64,000 bases of DNA from a virus. The stretch is taken from IMG/VR virus record IMGVR_UViG_3300041405_000299, positions 1-64,000 of that record. One strand, given 5' to 3'. Each line of letters starts with the position of its first letter. Position 1 is the first letter of the stretch. Position numbers and translations under genes: made by a program. Below the pieces are notes generated by a model, which saw only the letters and a list, made by a program, of their open reading frames with translations, was not told where the DNA came from and ran no database searches. Positions 27,946 to 36,157 of this stretch are shown here, in pieces.

Positions 27946-29166
27946 ATGAGTATCCCTGAGTATTACCTTCACATGTTCGCTGGCATTAACGGCGATCACG
28001 ACCAATACACCGGTGCCGGCCGCATTGCGATCGCGGCCTTAATGTCCGGATACGGCTTGAACGCCTCTACCAAGAAAGATCTGCAAGCCCGTATCAACTG
28101 GGTGCAAACTCCGGGTTGTTTCTTAGGCCAGAAAGAGTTGAAGCATGACTCTTGGGGTATCCGCCACCGTCCGGCGCTCGGCTTCCTGATCGACTTAGTG
28201 GAAACGCGTAAAGCTAACCGCACGTTGAACTACACTTTAAACTGGGCGACGCTCAACAAAGAAGGTCGCCGTCTGCACATCACCAGTGAAATCTGGCCGG
28301 TCGTGGCCCGCGTCTACTGGCTGGGTTACTTCATGTTCGGTCGCAACGTTATCCCACAGGAGATCCTGGCCGAAGCGAAAACCCGTTTCTCTATCTCTAG
28401 TCAGCAAGGCGAACAGATGAGCAACCTGCATAACGCCTACATCATGCAGTTTTTCTACAACGAAGGTTTCTTTGTGGGACAAACGATTCCCAGTGAGTGG
28501 ATCGAAGGCTTCATGCCGGCGTCTCAGGTAGAAGTGGAAAACACCCGCCTACCGCGGGAGAAGATCTTTCTGAGCTTAGCCTTAGCGATGAACTTCAGTG
28601 AGAACACCACAGGTTTCTTTGCTGCGTGTGCGGCGATACCGATGGTCCTAACTCCTGGCCAGTCTTTCGGCGGAGTTAATGATGCCTTCGAAGCATACGA
28701 TATGGCTCGGAGCTCTCTGGAGCGTGGCCATCAGATGCCAATGACCTCTCGTTGGGGATCTTCCTACAACCTGACTTCTGCGTCTATGCACGTGATTGAT
28801 GCCGCACCTAGCCGTTTCCCTACGTCTATGCGGGAGATCGTTCCACTGCTGCTCTGCGACCGTTCGACCACTCCTCAACAGGAAGCGGCCAATGGTTACC
28901 ACCCGAGCTTCGGGCAGTTCCAACCTGACCTGCTGGACCGTAACTTAAACACGTACATTGCCGGTACCCTACTGTACGAATATCACTTGCTGCTCACTGG
29001 CCGCGAGATTACGCCTTTGCAAACCCTTCGCGACGCCCGGGAACGTGCAGGCTTCACGGAAGAAAACATCGTGATCGCCGCCCAAAGCATGCATCCTATG
29101 GCACAGCGTAACTGTACCGTTTGGCGTTTAGTGAAATTCCATCTGGATCGTCAGAACCAGGTATAA
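27946..29166 (+). CDS. Hypothetical protein (406 aa)
   Basis: SD AGGAG. ORF track. Confidence 0.85.
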   Translation: MSIPEYYLHMFAGINGDHDQYTGAGRIAIAALMSGYGLNASTKKDLQARINWVQTPGCFLGQKELKHDSWGIRHRPALGFLIDLVETRKANRTLNYTLNWATLNKEGRRLHITSEIWPVVARVYWLGYFMFGRNVIPQEILAEAKTRFSISSQQGEQMSNLHNAYIMQFFYNEGFFVGQTIPSEWIEGFMPASQVEVENTRLPREKIFLSLALAMNFSENTTGFFAACAAIPMVLTPGQSFGGVNDAFEAYDMARSSLERGHQMPMTSRWGSSYNLTSASMHVIDAAPSRFPTSMREIVPLLLCDRSTTPQQEAANGYHPSFGQFQPDLLDRNLNTYIAGTLLYEYHLLLTGREITPLQTLRDARERAGFTEENIVIAAQSMHPMAQRNCTVWRLVKFHLDRQNQV

Positions 29167-29179
29167 GTAAGTTGTAAAC
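29160..29179 (+). promoter_or_regulatory. Conserved phage promoter-like motif (GGTATAAGTAAGTTGTAAAC)
   Basis: Consensus copy overlapping the stop of the 406-aa gene. Confidence 0.55.
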
Positions 29180-29199
29180 CAACTAACGGAGTTTTCCCA

Positions 29200-29829
29200 A
29201 TGAAGTTCACCCAGAATGTTGTAACCCTGCCGAAAGAAGTTGTCGATGTGTACTTAGATGCCTTGATGACTACGGTCGACCCCATCCTGAAGGAAGAAGA
29301 TGTACCGGCGTGCGTGCTGCAGGATTTGATCTACGCAGCCGGAGCCGCCGTTCGAAAGTCGATCGTCATCAAGAACTTGAAAGCGTTAGAAGAAGCCGGC
29401 TTGTTCAACGGGGTGACTTGTGTGGACTACCCAGGGTTCACGTGGACGCTCGGCTTGAAACGCCTGTACGCGGTCAACGTGTTTTCGCTGAGTTTGCTGC
29501 GGACACTGGCGTTGGATCTGGCGGCCGGCACCCGCACGCTCGATGACTATATCAACTACCTCGAAGTCTGCAGCAAGATCGAACTGGAAAGTGGTGTACA
29601 CACGGCGTTGAAGGACGCTCCGGAAGCCATGCAGCGCCGACTGGAAGGCGTCATCGGATCTATCACGCAGGCGAACACCAAGTACATGCTCGGCGTCACT
29701 GTTGAGAATGTGTTACGGTTGTTCAAGAACGTGAAGGATAACCTGGAGATGCAAGTCGATGATGGTCCGCTGAGCAACCTGGAAGATGATATGTCGCTGC
29801 TGATGCCGGAAGCGGTTATCGAGATGTAA
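29200..29829 (+). CDS. Hypothetical protein (209 aa)
   Basis: SD ACGGAG. ORF track. Confidence 0.8.
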   Translation: MKFTQNVVTLPKEVVDVYLDALMTTVDPILKEEDVPACVLQDLIYAAGAAVRKSIVIKNLKALEEAGLFNGVTCVDYPGFTWTLGLKRLYAVNVFSLSLLRTLALDLAAGTRTLDDYINYLEVCSKIELESGVHTALKDAPEAMQRRLEGVIGSITQANTKYMLGVTVENVLRLFKNVKDNLEMQVDDGPLSNLEDDMSLLMPEAVIEM

Positions 29830-29830
29830 T

Positions 29831-29861
29831 CAACTGTGGGCTTCGGCCCACGGTTCAGTTG
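29831..29861 (+). terminator. Long hairpin (UUCG tetraloop) without a clear T-run
   Basis: CAACTGTGGGC-ttcg-GCCCACGGTTCAGTTG. Confidence 0.4.
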
Positions 29862-29922
29862 TTATGATAAGCCCATAGTTGAACCGTGGGTATATCACCA
29901 TAGTTGAATAATTGGATTTCCT

Positions 29923-29942
29923 GGTATAAGTAAGTTGTAGAC
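29923..29942 (+). promoter_or_regulatory. Conserved phage promoter-like motif (GGTATAAGTAAGTTGTAGAC)
   Basis: Consensus copy upstream of the Ant-like gene. Confidence 0.55.
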
Positions 29943-29998
29943 GTAACACGATCATTTACACACTGCATTTGCAGGACATTAACACAAAGGAGTACGCA

Positions 29999-30922
29999 AT
30001 GAGTCAAGTAACCACCATTAATTTCTTCGGCGAGCCAATTCTGGTAACTGCAACTCAGCTGGAAATTAACGGGCGTCTTGAACCTGTTCTCGGAGTGGTT
30101 GCTCGTCGGTTGTGCGAACAGCTGGGCCTCGATTGGTCAACCCAGCATGCCAAGCTGATGGATGATGAAGATAACCGTTACCGTGCGTTTAAGTCAACCG
30201 TGACCGCCGGTGATGATAAAGAACGTGAAGTTACAATCATCCCGCTGTCGACTGTCAACGCATTCCTCTTCAGCATCAACCGCAAGAACCTGTCCGATAA
30301 CGACATGATCACTACGCGTCTCGCAAACGGTGAAGTGGTTCAGGAAAGCAAAAAGGCTAAACTGATCCGCTATCAAGATGAATGTACAACGGTGCTGTAT
30401 GACTACTGGCACCATGGAGTAGCTATGAACTTCCGTGCTGATCCGAAAGATCTGGACTCACAGAAAACCTACGACATCCTGCAGACTTCTCGCAAGCGTT
30501 ACGACAACATGTTCAACGGTCTGGTAGCATCGATCGTTGACGGTCAGGGTAAACGCGGTGCTGATTTCGAACAGGGCGTCAAAGAGTTCGGCGTTGAGCT
30601 GGACAAGCGTGTTGAAGAAGTAATCCGTACCTGCCTGGGTGCGGAAGAGCTGGACCTGAACAAAGGCCTGATCCGTAAATCCGGTGAGCCTTTCCTGCGT
30701 CCGGTTTCCGGTCATGAAGCCCTGAGCGTTTCCATTCTGGAAAACTGCGTGTGCGACCTGATTGGTCTGTATCGCCGTAAGGAGCTGGGTCAGGATGCCG
30801 GCTATGAAGTGATCCTCCAGGCTCTGGAAGATTACTATCACGACTACCTGGAAAACGTGGCGGGCAATGTTGTCACCATGCGTTCTACCTTCAACCGCGG
30901 CAAAGGCCTCTTCGCCAGCTAA
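29999..30922 (+). CDS. Phage antirepressor-like protein (P22 Ant N-terminal-like domain)
   Basis: SD AAGGAG. TINFFGEPILV...LCEQLGLDWSTQHAKL...IPLSTVNAFLFSIN resembles the P22_AR_N domain. Confidence 0.6.
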   Translation: MSQVTTINFFGEPILVTATQLEINGRLEPVLGVVARRLCEQLGLDWSTQHAKLMDDEDNRYRAFKSTVTAGDDKEREVTIIPLSTVNAFLFSINRKNLSDNDMITTRLANGEVVQESKKAKLIRYQDECTTVLYDYWHHGVAMNFRADPKDLDSQKTYDILQTSRKRYDNMFNGLVASIVDGQGKRGADFEQGVKEFGVELDKRVEEVIRTCLGAEELDLNKGLIRKSGEPFLRPVSGHEALSVSILENCVCDLIGLYRRKELGQDAGYEVILQALEDYYHDYLENVAGNVVTMRSTFNRGKGLFAS

Positions 30923-30960
30923 ACTGTGCGGCCCTCTTCGGAGGGCCCTAAGGATTCTCT

Positions 30961-31371
30961 ATGCAACTTTTAGTTACCCTTTCGACCAAACGCGGACGGT
31001 TCACCTCCACGTTCTTCAAGCCTACTAATCGGGCATGCTTGATCGTCAACATGCCTGACCACAGCGTCCAAGATTTACGTGATTCGAACAACGCGTGCGG
31101 GTTGGCCATGCCAGTGGCAAAGTGGTTGGACGCCGTCCGTTTGGAAGACTCCGACTTTGTTCCGGATACGTGGGACCGCTTGCTTAACGAGTTCGCCTGT
31201 TACATCGGTGACGCCAATACTCACGGGATCATCTGGGATCGCGAGGACGAATGCCTGGAGTTCACCATGGTATTCTCAAACCTGCATTTCCCAACCGGCG
31301 GCCGTGTCAGATCGCTTGAAGAGTTGAATTCCCTCACGAAAGATCATACACTGTCTCCTGACTGGGCCTAA
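30961..31371 (+). CDS. Hypothetical protein
   Basis: SD AAGGA. The stop abuts the tRNA-like element. Confidence 0.75.
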   Translation: MQLLVTLSTKRGRFTSTFFKPTNRACLIVNMPDHSVQDLRDSNNACGLAMPVAKWLDAVRLEDSDFVPDTWDRLLNEFACYIGDANTHGIIWDREDECLEFTMVFSNLHFPTGGRVRSLEELNSLTKDHTLSPDWA

Positions 31372-31458
31372 GGGCGGTGTACCCACAACGGTCTTCTAAG
31401 CCGTTAGCATATAAAAGTGGGAAGGAGCTGAGAGGTTCGATTCCTCCACCGTCTACCA
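31372..31458 (+). ncRNA. Atypical tRNA-Arg(UCU)-like RNA lacking a normal D arm
   Basis: Acceptor GGGCGGT/ACCGTCT with A-CCA. Anticodon arm ACGGT-CTTCTAA-GCCGT. T arm GAGG-TTCGATT-CCTC. Only 9 nt lie between the acceptor and the anticodon arm. CCCAC (31382-86) can pair with GTGGG (31417-21). Confidence 0.5.
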
Positions 31459-31470
31459 AAAGGAAAATCC

Positions 31471-31671
31471 ATGTTCACCAAACTCCGTATCTGGTGGCTC
31501 AAACGCCGCCTGCGTAAACTCATCTACCGCTTTCAGGATGACTACTCGTTCTGGCAGTGCGGCAACGAACTGCTCGATCAAGTCACCGGCGGACGCTTTT
31601 CTCGTGACAAAGCCCTTATTCAAACTATGAAAGATCATCTGCGGGCTATCGATCCGAATTGCCCAAAGTAA
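31471..31671 (+). CDS. Hypothetical protein (66 aa)
   Basis: SD AAGGA. ORF track. Confidence 0.7.
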   Translation: MFTKLRIWWLKRRLRKLIYRFQDDYSFWQCGNELLDQVTGGRFSRDKALIQTMKDHLRAIDPNCPK

Positions 31672-31693
31672 GCCCTAAATCGTTGTTCTCTCT

Positions 31694-31713
31694 GGTATAA
31701 GTAAGTTGTACAC
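31694..31713 (+). promoter_or_regulatory. Conserved phage promoter-like motif (GGTATAAGTAAGTTGTACAC)
   Basis: Consensus copy. Confidence 0.55.
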
Positions 31714-31729
31714 AACCAGGAGAACAACC

Positions 31730-32038
31730 ATGTTTATTAATAAAGACCCGAAGGAAAAGTTCGCAGAAGACATCACTGGCTTTGACTTCTACGCGGCTCT
31801 GCGTCAGTTTATTTCCGACAACGTTACCTTCTGCTTCTTCCTTCTCGCCGTATCCGCCGCGGCGGCCATGGCGAATGGAGCCAAAGGTATTCTCTCCCAT
31901 CGCCGAGTGGGCACCATCCTGCTCGTTATCTTCGTATGCCGTGCGTACCACGCCGGTAGCCGCAATGTTAACCGTACCATCGTAATTAAAGACTCTGAGG
32001 ACGCCACTCATGATGATCATGGAAAAAGTGAAGACTGA
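31730..32038 (+). CDS. Membrane protein (102 aa)
   Basis: Internal ATG of track ORF 31706..32038 after the SD AGGAGA. Hydrophobic core. Confidence 0.7.
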   Translation: MFINKDPKEKFAEDITGFDFYAALRQFISDNVTFCFFLLAVSAAAAMANGAKGILSHRRVGTILLVIFVCRAYHAGSRNVNRTIVIKDSEDATHDDHGKSED

Positions 32039-32426
32039 TCTGTCGACTTACCGTTCCTACGGTGATACGGCAAATCTTGAAGTAAAGATCCTGGCGAGCA
32101 TCGCTGGAGAAATGGAAAACCAGGCTCGTAAGGTTGGCGGTGCCAAGATCTCTGATGGTGATGCAAACATCATTATCAAGCGGCATCTGCGTCATGCGGG
32201 TATAACCCTTCAGATGAATGCTGGTGATCCTACTGCAAATCTGGTGGTCAAGCTGCTCGGCAAATATCACGTGGACGATGTGATGGGTGATGAAGAGATG
32301 CGGGAACGCATTCTCTCGTCCCAGCTGGGTTCGCCGAAGGAGGTTTTGAAGCACCTGAACGCATTTGGTCCGGCCGTTGATATGGGTCGGGCGAAGATGA
32401 TGGTCAGAACTCTCTTCGGCCAGTAA
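32010..32426 (+). CDS. Hypothetical protein (138 aa)
   Basis: ORF track. Confidence 0.75.
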   Translation: MMIMEKVKTDLSTYRSYGDTANLEVKILASIAGEMENQARKVGGAKISDGDANIIIKRHLRHAGITLQMNAGDPTANLVVKLLGKYHVDDVMGDEEMRERILSSQLGSPKEVLKHLNAFGPAVDMGRAKMMVRTLFGQ

Positions 32427-32432
32427 TAACTA

Positions 32433-32457
32433 GCCGGCCTCGTGCCGGCGTTTCCTT
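32433..32457 (+). terminator. Hairpin terminator candidate
   Basis: GCCGGC-ctcgt-GCCGGC followed by GTTTCCTT. Confidence 0.45.
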
Positions 32458-32487
32458 ATCGTGTTCGTTTTTATGAGGTAAAAGACC

Positions 32488-32658
32488 ATGACTCAATGTG
32501 TCTACTGTAATCGGGCTGCAGTCGAAGAAGTAAGAGAGCCCTGCGAAGTTAATGGTGTTCGATTCGATCATCTCTATACTCATTGCTCGTGCTGTGATAA
32601 CGACTTCGTTACACCTGAGCAGGACAAAATCAACGAAGCAAATAGGAGCAAACCATGA
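32488..32658 (+). CDS. Zinc-finger mini-protein (56 aa; YgiT/MqsA-N-like CxxC...CxxC)
   Basis: Translation contains MTQCVYCN...HCSCCDNDF. ATGA coupling to the HD hydrolase gene. Confidence 0.5.
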   Translation: MTQCVYCNRAAVEEVREPCEVNGVRFDHLYTHCSCCDNDFVTPEQDKINEANRSKP

Positions 32659-33494
32659 GTACAGCAATCACGGATCCTCAGGAATTTAACAAAGGGGAAT
32701 CCTTCGCTCGTGAGAACCTGCTCGATCGTGTATTCAAATTGGACCAGGACGTTGCCCTGAGTCTGATCAACCGCATCGAGGGTAAAACTTATGCTACTCC
32801 TTCTTTTGAAGCTGGCGTTCATAGTTATTGCCATAAACTACTTGGCCTCTTAGGGATTGAGACTATGACACAGCGTGAAGATACCGTGCGGGATTTCGGC
32901 ATTGCCGGGATGCACGTGCGTTTACAAGCTGCCTATGACTTAGCGAAGAAAGCCCACACGGGGCAGAAGCGTAAGGTCACCGGCGGTGATTACTTTAATG
33001 ATCACGTCCTCCAGGTGGCCCAAGCGGTCTCCCAGTACGTAACAATCCACAACCCATCCGAAGAGGTGATCACCACCCGTCAAACCAACATGATTTGTGC
33101 CGCTTTGCTGCACGACGTGGTGGAAGACACGGACGTGACTCTGGCGGCTATCGAGCATGAGTTTGGCGAGCAGGTTGCCCAGTGGGTCGACGGCTTAACG
33201 CACGCTACCGTCGGTGTTAACCGGGCGGACCGTGAGTACAAGACTCAGCAGAAGCTGATCTCAGCGTCATGGGAAGTGCGGTTGATTAAGTGTTTTGATA
33301 TCATGCACAACGCCCGTGATCTGGCCAATCTGGATCCGGCGTTCGGTGTACGTTGGTATCAGGAGAAGGTAGACTTGATCGAAGCGGAAGGTGGTAAGTT
33401 CTTGGAAGGGATCCCGCCGATTGTGACGGAATCCCTGAGTACTACGTTGAAGCTAGGTCTGCGTTTATCTCAGGCTTTAAGCGCTAAGAAATAG
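32655..33494 (+). CDS. RelA/SpoT-type HD-domain hydrolase (small alarmone hydrolase-like), TAG stop
   Basis: KKAHTGQKRKVTGGDYFNDHVLQVA...AALLHDVVEDTDVT...FGEQVAQWVDGLTH matches the (p)ppGpp hydrolase HD domain. Confidence 0.7.
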   Translation: MSTAITDPQEFNKGESFARENLLDRVFKLDQDVALSLINRIEGKTYATPSFEAGVHSYCHKLLGLLGIETMTQREDTVRDFGIAGMHVRLQAAYDLAKKAHTGQKRKVTGGDYFNDHVLQVAQAVSQYVTIHNPSEEVITTRQTNMICAALLHDVVEDTDVTLAAIEHEFGEQVAQWVDGLTHATVGVNRADREYKTQQKLISASWEVRLIKCFDIMHNARDLANLDPAFGVRWYQEKVDLIEAEGGKFLEGIPPIVTESLSTTLKLGLRLSQALSAKK

Positions 33495-33989
33495 TGCCCG
33501 TTCGGCCTGGCGTCTCTTAACCAGACCGGCCATGACGACCCCAGCGGAGCGGGTCCAGGAGAGCAGGCTGTCACCAGCTGCTTGAATGTTACCCGCCCGC
33601 AGATTTCGCAGAATACTAGAAGGATTGCCGTTGCGTAAACAAATAAGTCCATCTTTGACTCCTTTCTTGCCAGGACCTACATTGTACACAAAGGATACGA
33701 GAGCATCAAACTGATTCTGCTTAAGGTTTAAGCCTAATCCGTTGATGGAATCTTCCGCCCACGCCACATCCAGGGCAAACAGACGGTCAATCTCTGCGTC
33801 ACTCAGCGTGCGGCCATCATAGCTCGCATCACCCTTTTTGACTAAATGACCAATACCGATGGTCGGAAAGCCTTTAGCATCTGCTGCTTTAGCGATCGTT
33901 TTACCGGTTTTGTCATCGTACAGCTTGTTACGGCGGCCTTCGAACTGTTCCATTTCAGCTCGTCCGGCAGCACTCAATTTCATAGACAT
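33477..33989 (-). CDS. Endolysin, GH24 phage lysozyme
   Basis: SD GGAGGTG. EGRRNKLYDDKTGKTI...PTIGIGH...QNQFDALVSFVYNVGPG. Paralogous to residues ~335-500 of the 1171-aa virion protein. Confidence 0.85.
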   Translation of the reverse strand: MSMKLSAAGRAEMEQFEGRRNKLYDDKTGKTIAKAADAKGFPTIGIGHLVKKGDASYDGRTLSDAEIDRLFALDVAWAEDSINGLGLNLKQNQFDALVSFVYNVGPGKKGVKDGLICLRNGNPSSILRNLRAGNIQAAGDSLLSWTRSAGVVMAGLVKRRQAERALFLSA

Positions 33990-34023
33990 AATGTCACCTC
34001 CACTCTTAGTTTAAGGAAACATC

Positions 34024-34281
34024 ATGGATCTTAACGTCCTGGCTATCGAATATACTGTAGCCCAATACTTCTCCTCCACCGCTGAAACAATTGGTTTTCA
34101 GAAAGTATATGAACTGCTTCAGGAAAGCGTTGAAAAAGGTGAGGAACACCCAGACCTCATTCCTTGGCAACCCTTCGAAAACTGGGAGTTCTCAGCTCTG
34201 TTAGAGCAAATTGACTCTGACATCTTCGCCCTTACTGCTTTACTGGAGAAGGTCAAAAATGATCGTTACCAGTTGGTCTGA
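34024..34281 (+). CDS. Hypothetical acidic protein
   Basis: SD AAGGA. ORF track. Confidence 0.75.
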   Translation: MDLNVLAIEYTVAQYFSSTAETIGFQKVYELLQESVEKGEEHPDLIPWQPFENWEFSALLEQIDSDIFALTALLEKVKNDRYQLV

Positions 34282-34591
34282 TTTCTGTAAAGAATTAAAT
34301 GAAGCTCCGAAACGGCTGAAGCGTAAAGAACTGGACCGCTGGCTCCTGCGTCAGTTGGCCCAGCGTCCTAAGCAACGTTTCTCGGTCTTCGAGGCTTGTG
34401 AAGAGCTGCACGTTGCCAAAGCGATGACCCGTCTGTGTCGCCAGGGGTTCATCGAAACGATCCATGACGAACGCGACATCTTTCCGTGGACGTACTACCG
34501 CATCCACCAGCACCGGACATTACCCCGTCCTGTCAAACCGATCCGTTGCAAAGCCCAACTTGAAATCTTCCTGGAGAGTGAGAATGTATAA
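34259..34591 (+). CDS. Hypothetical basic protein (possible wHTH)
   Basis: Internal ATG of track ORF 34211..34591. Confidence 0.6.
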   Translation: MIVTSWSDFCKELNEAPKRLKRKELDRWLLRQLAQRPKQRFSVFEACEELHVAKAMTRLCRQGFIETIHDERDIFPWTYYRIHQHRTLPRPVKPIRCKAQLEIFLESENV

Positions 34592-35015
34592 GGTGTACGC
34601 ATTTATGATGATGGCGGCTTCGGCCAGCTACTTCTGGCGGATGTTTGCATCCAGAACGGGACAATGGGATGAGACAGGGCCTAAGTACACGCTTCTCTGG
34701 TGCGGTAATCTGGTCACAACCCTCCTCCTGTCCTTTTTCTTCGGGGCAGGATTCGTATCAATGCTGGCGGGTAATAACCCGGGGTCAATCCTTCCGCCGA
34801 ATGATTTCGTCTCCCGAGTAATGTTCATTATCTTCCTGGTCGGCACCTTGGTTGCCCTATGGATGGCTTCCGTGGAGATGGATTGGTTTGACTTTGTATG
34901 GGATAACCCTGGGGACGCAGGTATTCTACTCTTCGGCGGAACGCTGGCGTATTTCTCGTTGATTAGCTATTGCATCAACATTTCACTCTTCAAACTCTTG
35001 GTGGCTTATGCTTAA
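34584..35015 (+). CDS. Multi-pass membrane protein (143 aa)
   Basis: Internal ATG of track ORF 34464..35015 after the SD GGAGAG. Confidence 0.7.
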   Translation: MYKVYAFMMMAASASYFWRMFASRTGQWDETGPKYTLLWCGNLVTTLLLSFFFGAGFVSMLAGNNPGSILPPNDFVSRVMFIIFLVGTLVALWMASVEMDWFDFVWDNPGDAGILLFGGTLAYFSLISYCINISLFKLLVAYA

Positions 35016-35241
35016 ACCTGATCAGATCGAACTTGCTTCTCGCGAAGAGAGGATTGAATTCATCCTGCAAGAGCTGGCGTGCAATCCTGATATCGCCGGT
35101 ACCGACAATATGGATACTGCAGTAACCTTCTTCAGTCACATGTATAACCTCCGCTTGTCTAAACGTGAGTGGGAAAGTACTGTGTGGCCGCAATACCTGC
35201 AGAATAAGAATGGTCCAATCGTTGAGCCTCTTTCTTCATGA
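35008..35241 (+). CDS. Hypothetical protein
   Basis: ORF track. Coupled. Confidence 0.75.
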   Translation: MLKPDQIELASREERIEFILQELACNPDIAGTDNMDTAVTFFSHMYNLRLSKREWESTVWPQYLQNKNGPIVEPLSS

Positions 35242-35576
35242 TTGGCGATGATGTGGGGTACCGTAAGTACCCCAACCCCGTGGTTAAACACATCGTCCAC
35301 TCTTGGCATCAATTGGAGTGTTATGTCCGCGGGCATTTCTATCGCCCGTCCTACGTTCAGATAGGATCCAAAGTGCGTTACCGGTGTGATCGCTGCGGGA
35401 CACCAACTGACTGGATGAACCGAGAAGAGCACAAATTGTTCAATTTGGAACAATGCCCTACGTGGGGTGAGCGTGGGAGTGATTCCCAGGGCTACCGCTT
35501 CATCGGTCCAATCCAGAAGTACCCGAAGCGTAATCAAATAGGTAAGAAACGAAAACGCTATCGGAAAACAGCATGA
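35238..35576 (+). CDS. Zinc-ribbon-containing basic protein
   Basis: ATGA coupling. Contains CYVRGH...CDRCG. Confidence 0.7.
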   Translation: MIGDDVGYRKYPNPVVKHIVHSWHQLECYVRGHFYRPSYVQIGSKVRYRCDRCGTPTDWMNREEHKLFNLEQCPTWGERGSDSQGYRFIGPIQKYPKRNQIGKKRKRYRKTA

Positions 35577-35595
35577 AAAATCGGGAGCACTTATT

Positions 35596-35784
35596 GTGAA
35601 CGGTGTAATGATCGCTATACTATCGCTTTGTGGCTCAATGTTCGTCATGACCAAGGTGCCACCGGTTAAAACTCGGCCTAAAATCGTCCTTGAGACCAGC
35701 CGTGCTTTAGCAATGTATTTCGTCCTTTACGTCATCCACTCATTCCTCTACCTGGAGGTTATTTCGCCGTGGTCTCAGTCGTAG
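35596..35784 (+). CDS. Small membrane protein, TAG stop
   Basis: GTG start after the SD GGGAG. ORF track. Confidence 0.6.
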   Translation: MNGVMIAILSLCGSMFVMTKVPPVKTRPKIVLETSRALAMYFVLYVIHSFLYLEVISPWSQS

Positions 35785-35921
35785 GACCTGCAGCAATCGC
35801 TTGGATTGTTGGAGGTGTAGGTCTTTGGAAAATCATAAGAGGTGTCAATTCGTCCCTCTACTTCACAGTGGCAATCCTCGTTGAGTTAGGCTGTTGTGCG
35901 TTCTACTTACTGGTGCCATAA
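35769..35921 (+). CDS. Small membrane protein candidate (50 aa, GTG start; below the cutoff)
   Basis: SD GGAGG 9 nt upstream. Translation is VVSVVGPAAIAWIVGGVGLW... TAATG coupling downstream. Confidence 0.45.
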   Translation: MVSVVGPAAIAWIVGGVGLWKIIRGVNSSLYFTVAILVELGCCAFYLLVP

Positions 35922-36157
35922 TGTCAGCAATCGTCTTTACCGTCATCTTAGTGCTCATGTTGCTGATTTCCTTCAGCATTCTGATCCACTACTCGCGAAA
36001 GCGTAACTGGAAAGCGTACGATCGCGTAGTCGTATGCGTCACGTTCGTCATCTTCCTTTTCATGGCGGCGAACACAATCTCGGTCGGTGCTTACGGATAC
36101 AACACGATCAGAAACAACGGAGAAAACAGTGCAGGACTATCTCTTTCTCGGAATTGA
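35921..36157 (+). CDS. Small membrane protein (78 aa)
   Basis: Internal ATG of track ORF 35894..36157, coupled to the upstream stop. Confidence 0.6.
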   Translation: MSAIVFTVILVLMLLISFSILIHYSRKRNWKAYDRVVVCVTFVIFLFMAANTISVGAYGYNTIRNNGENSAGLSLSRN

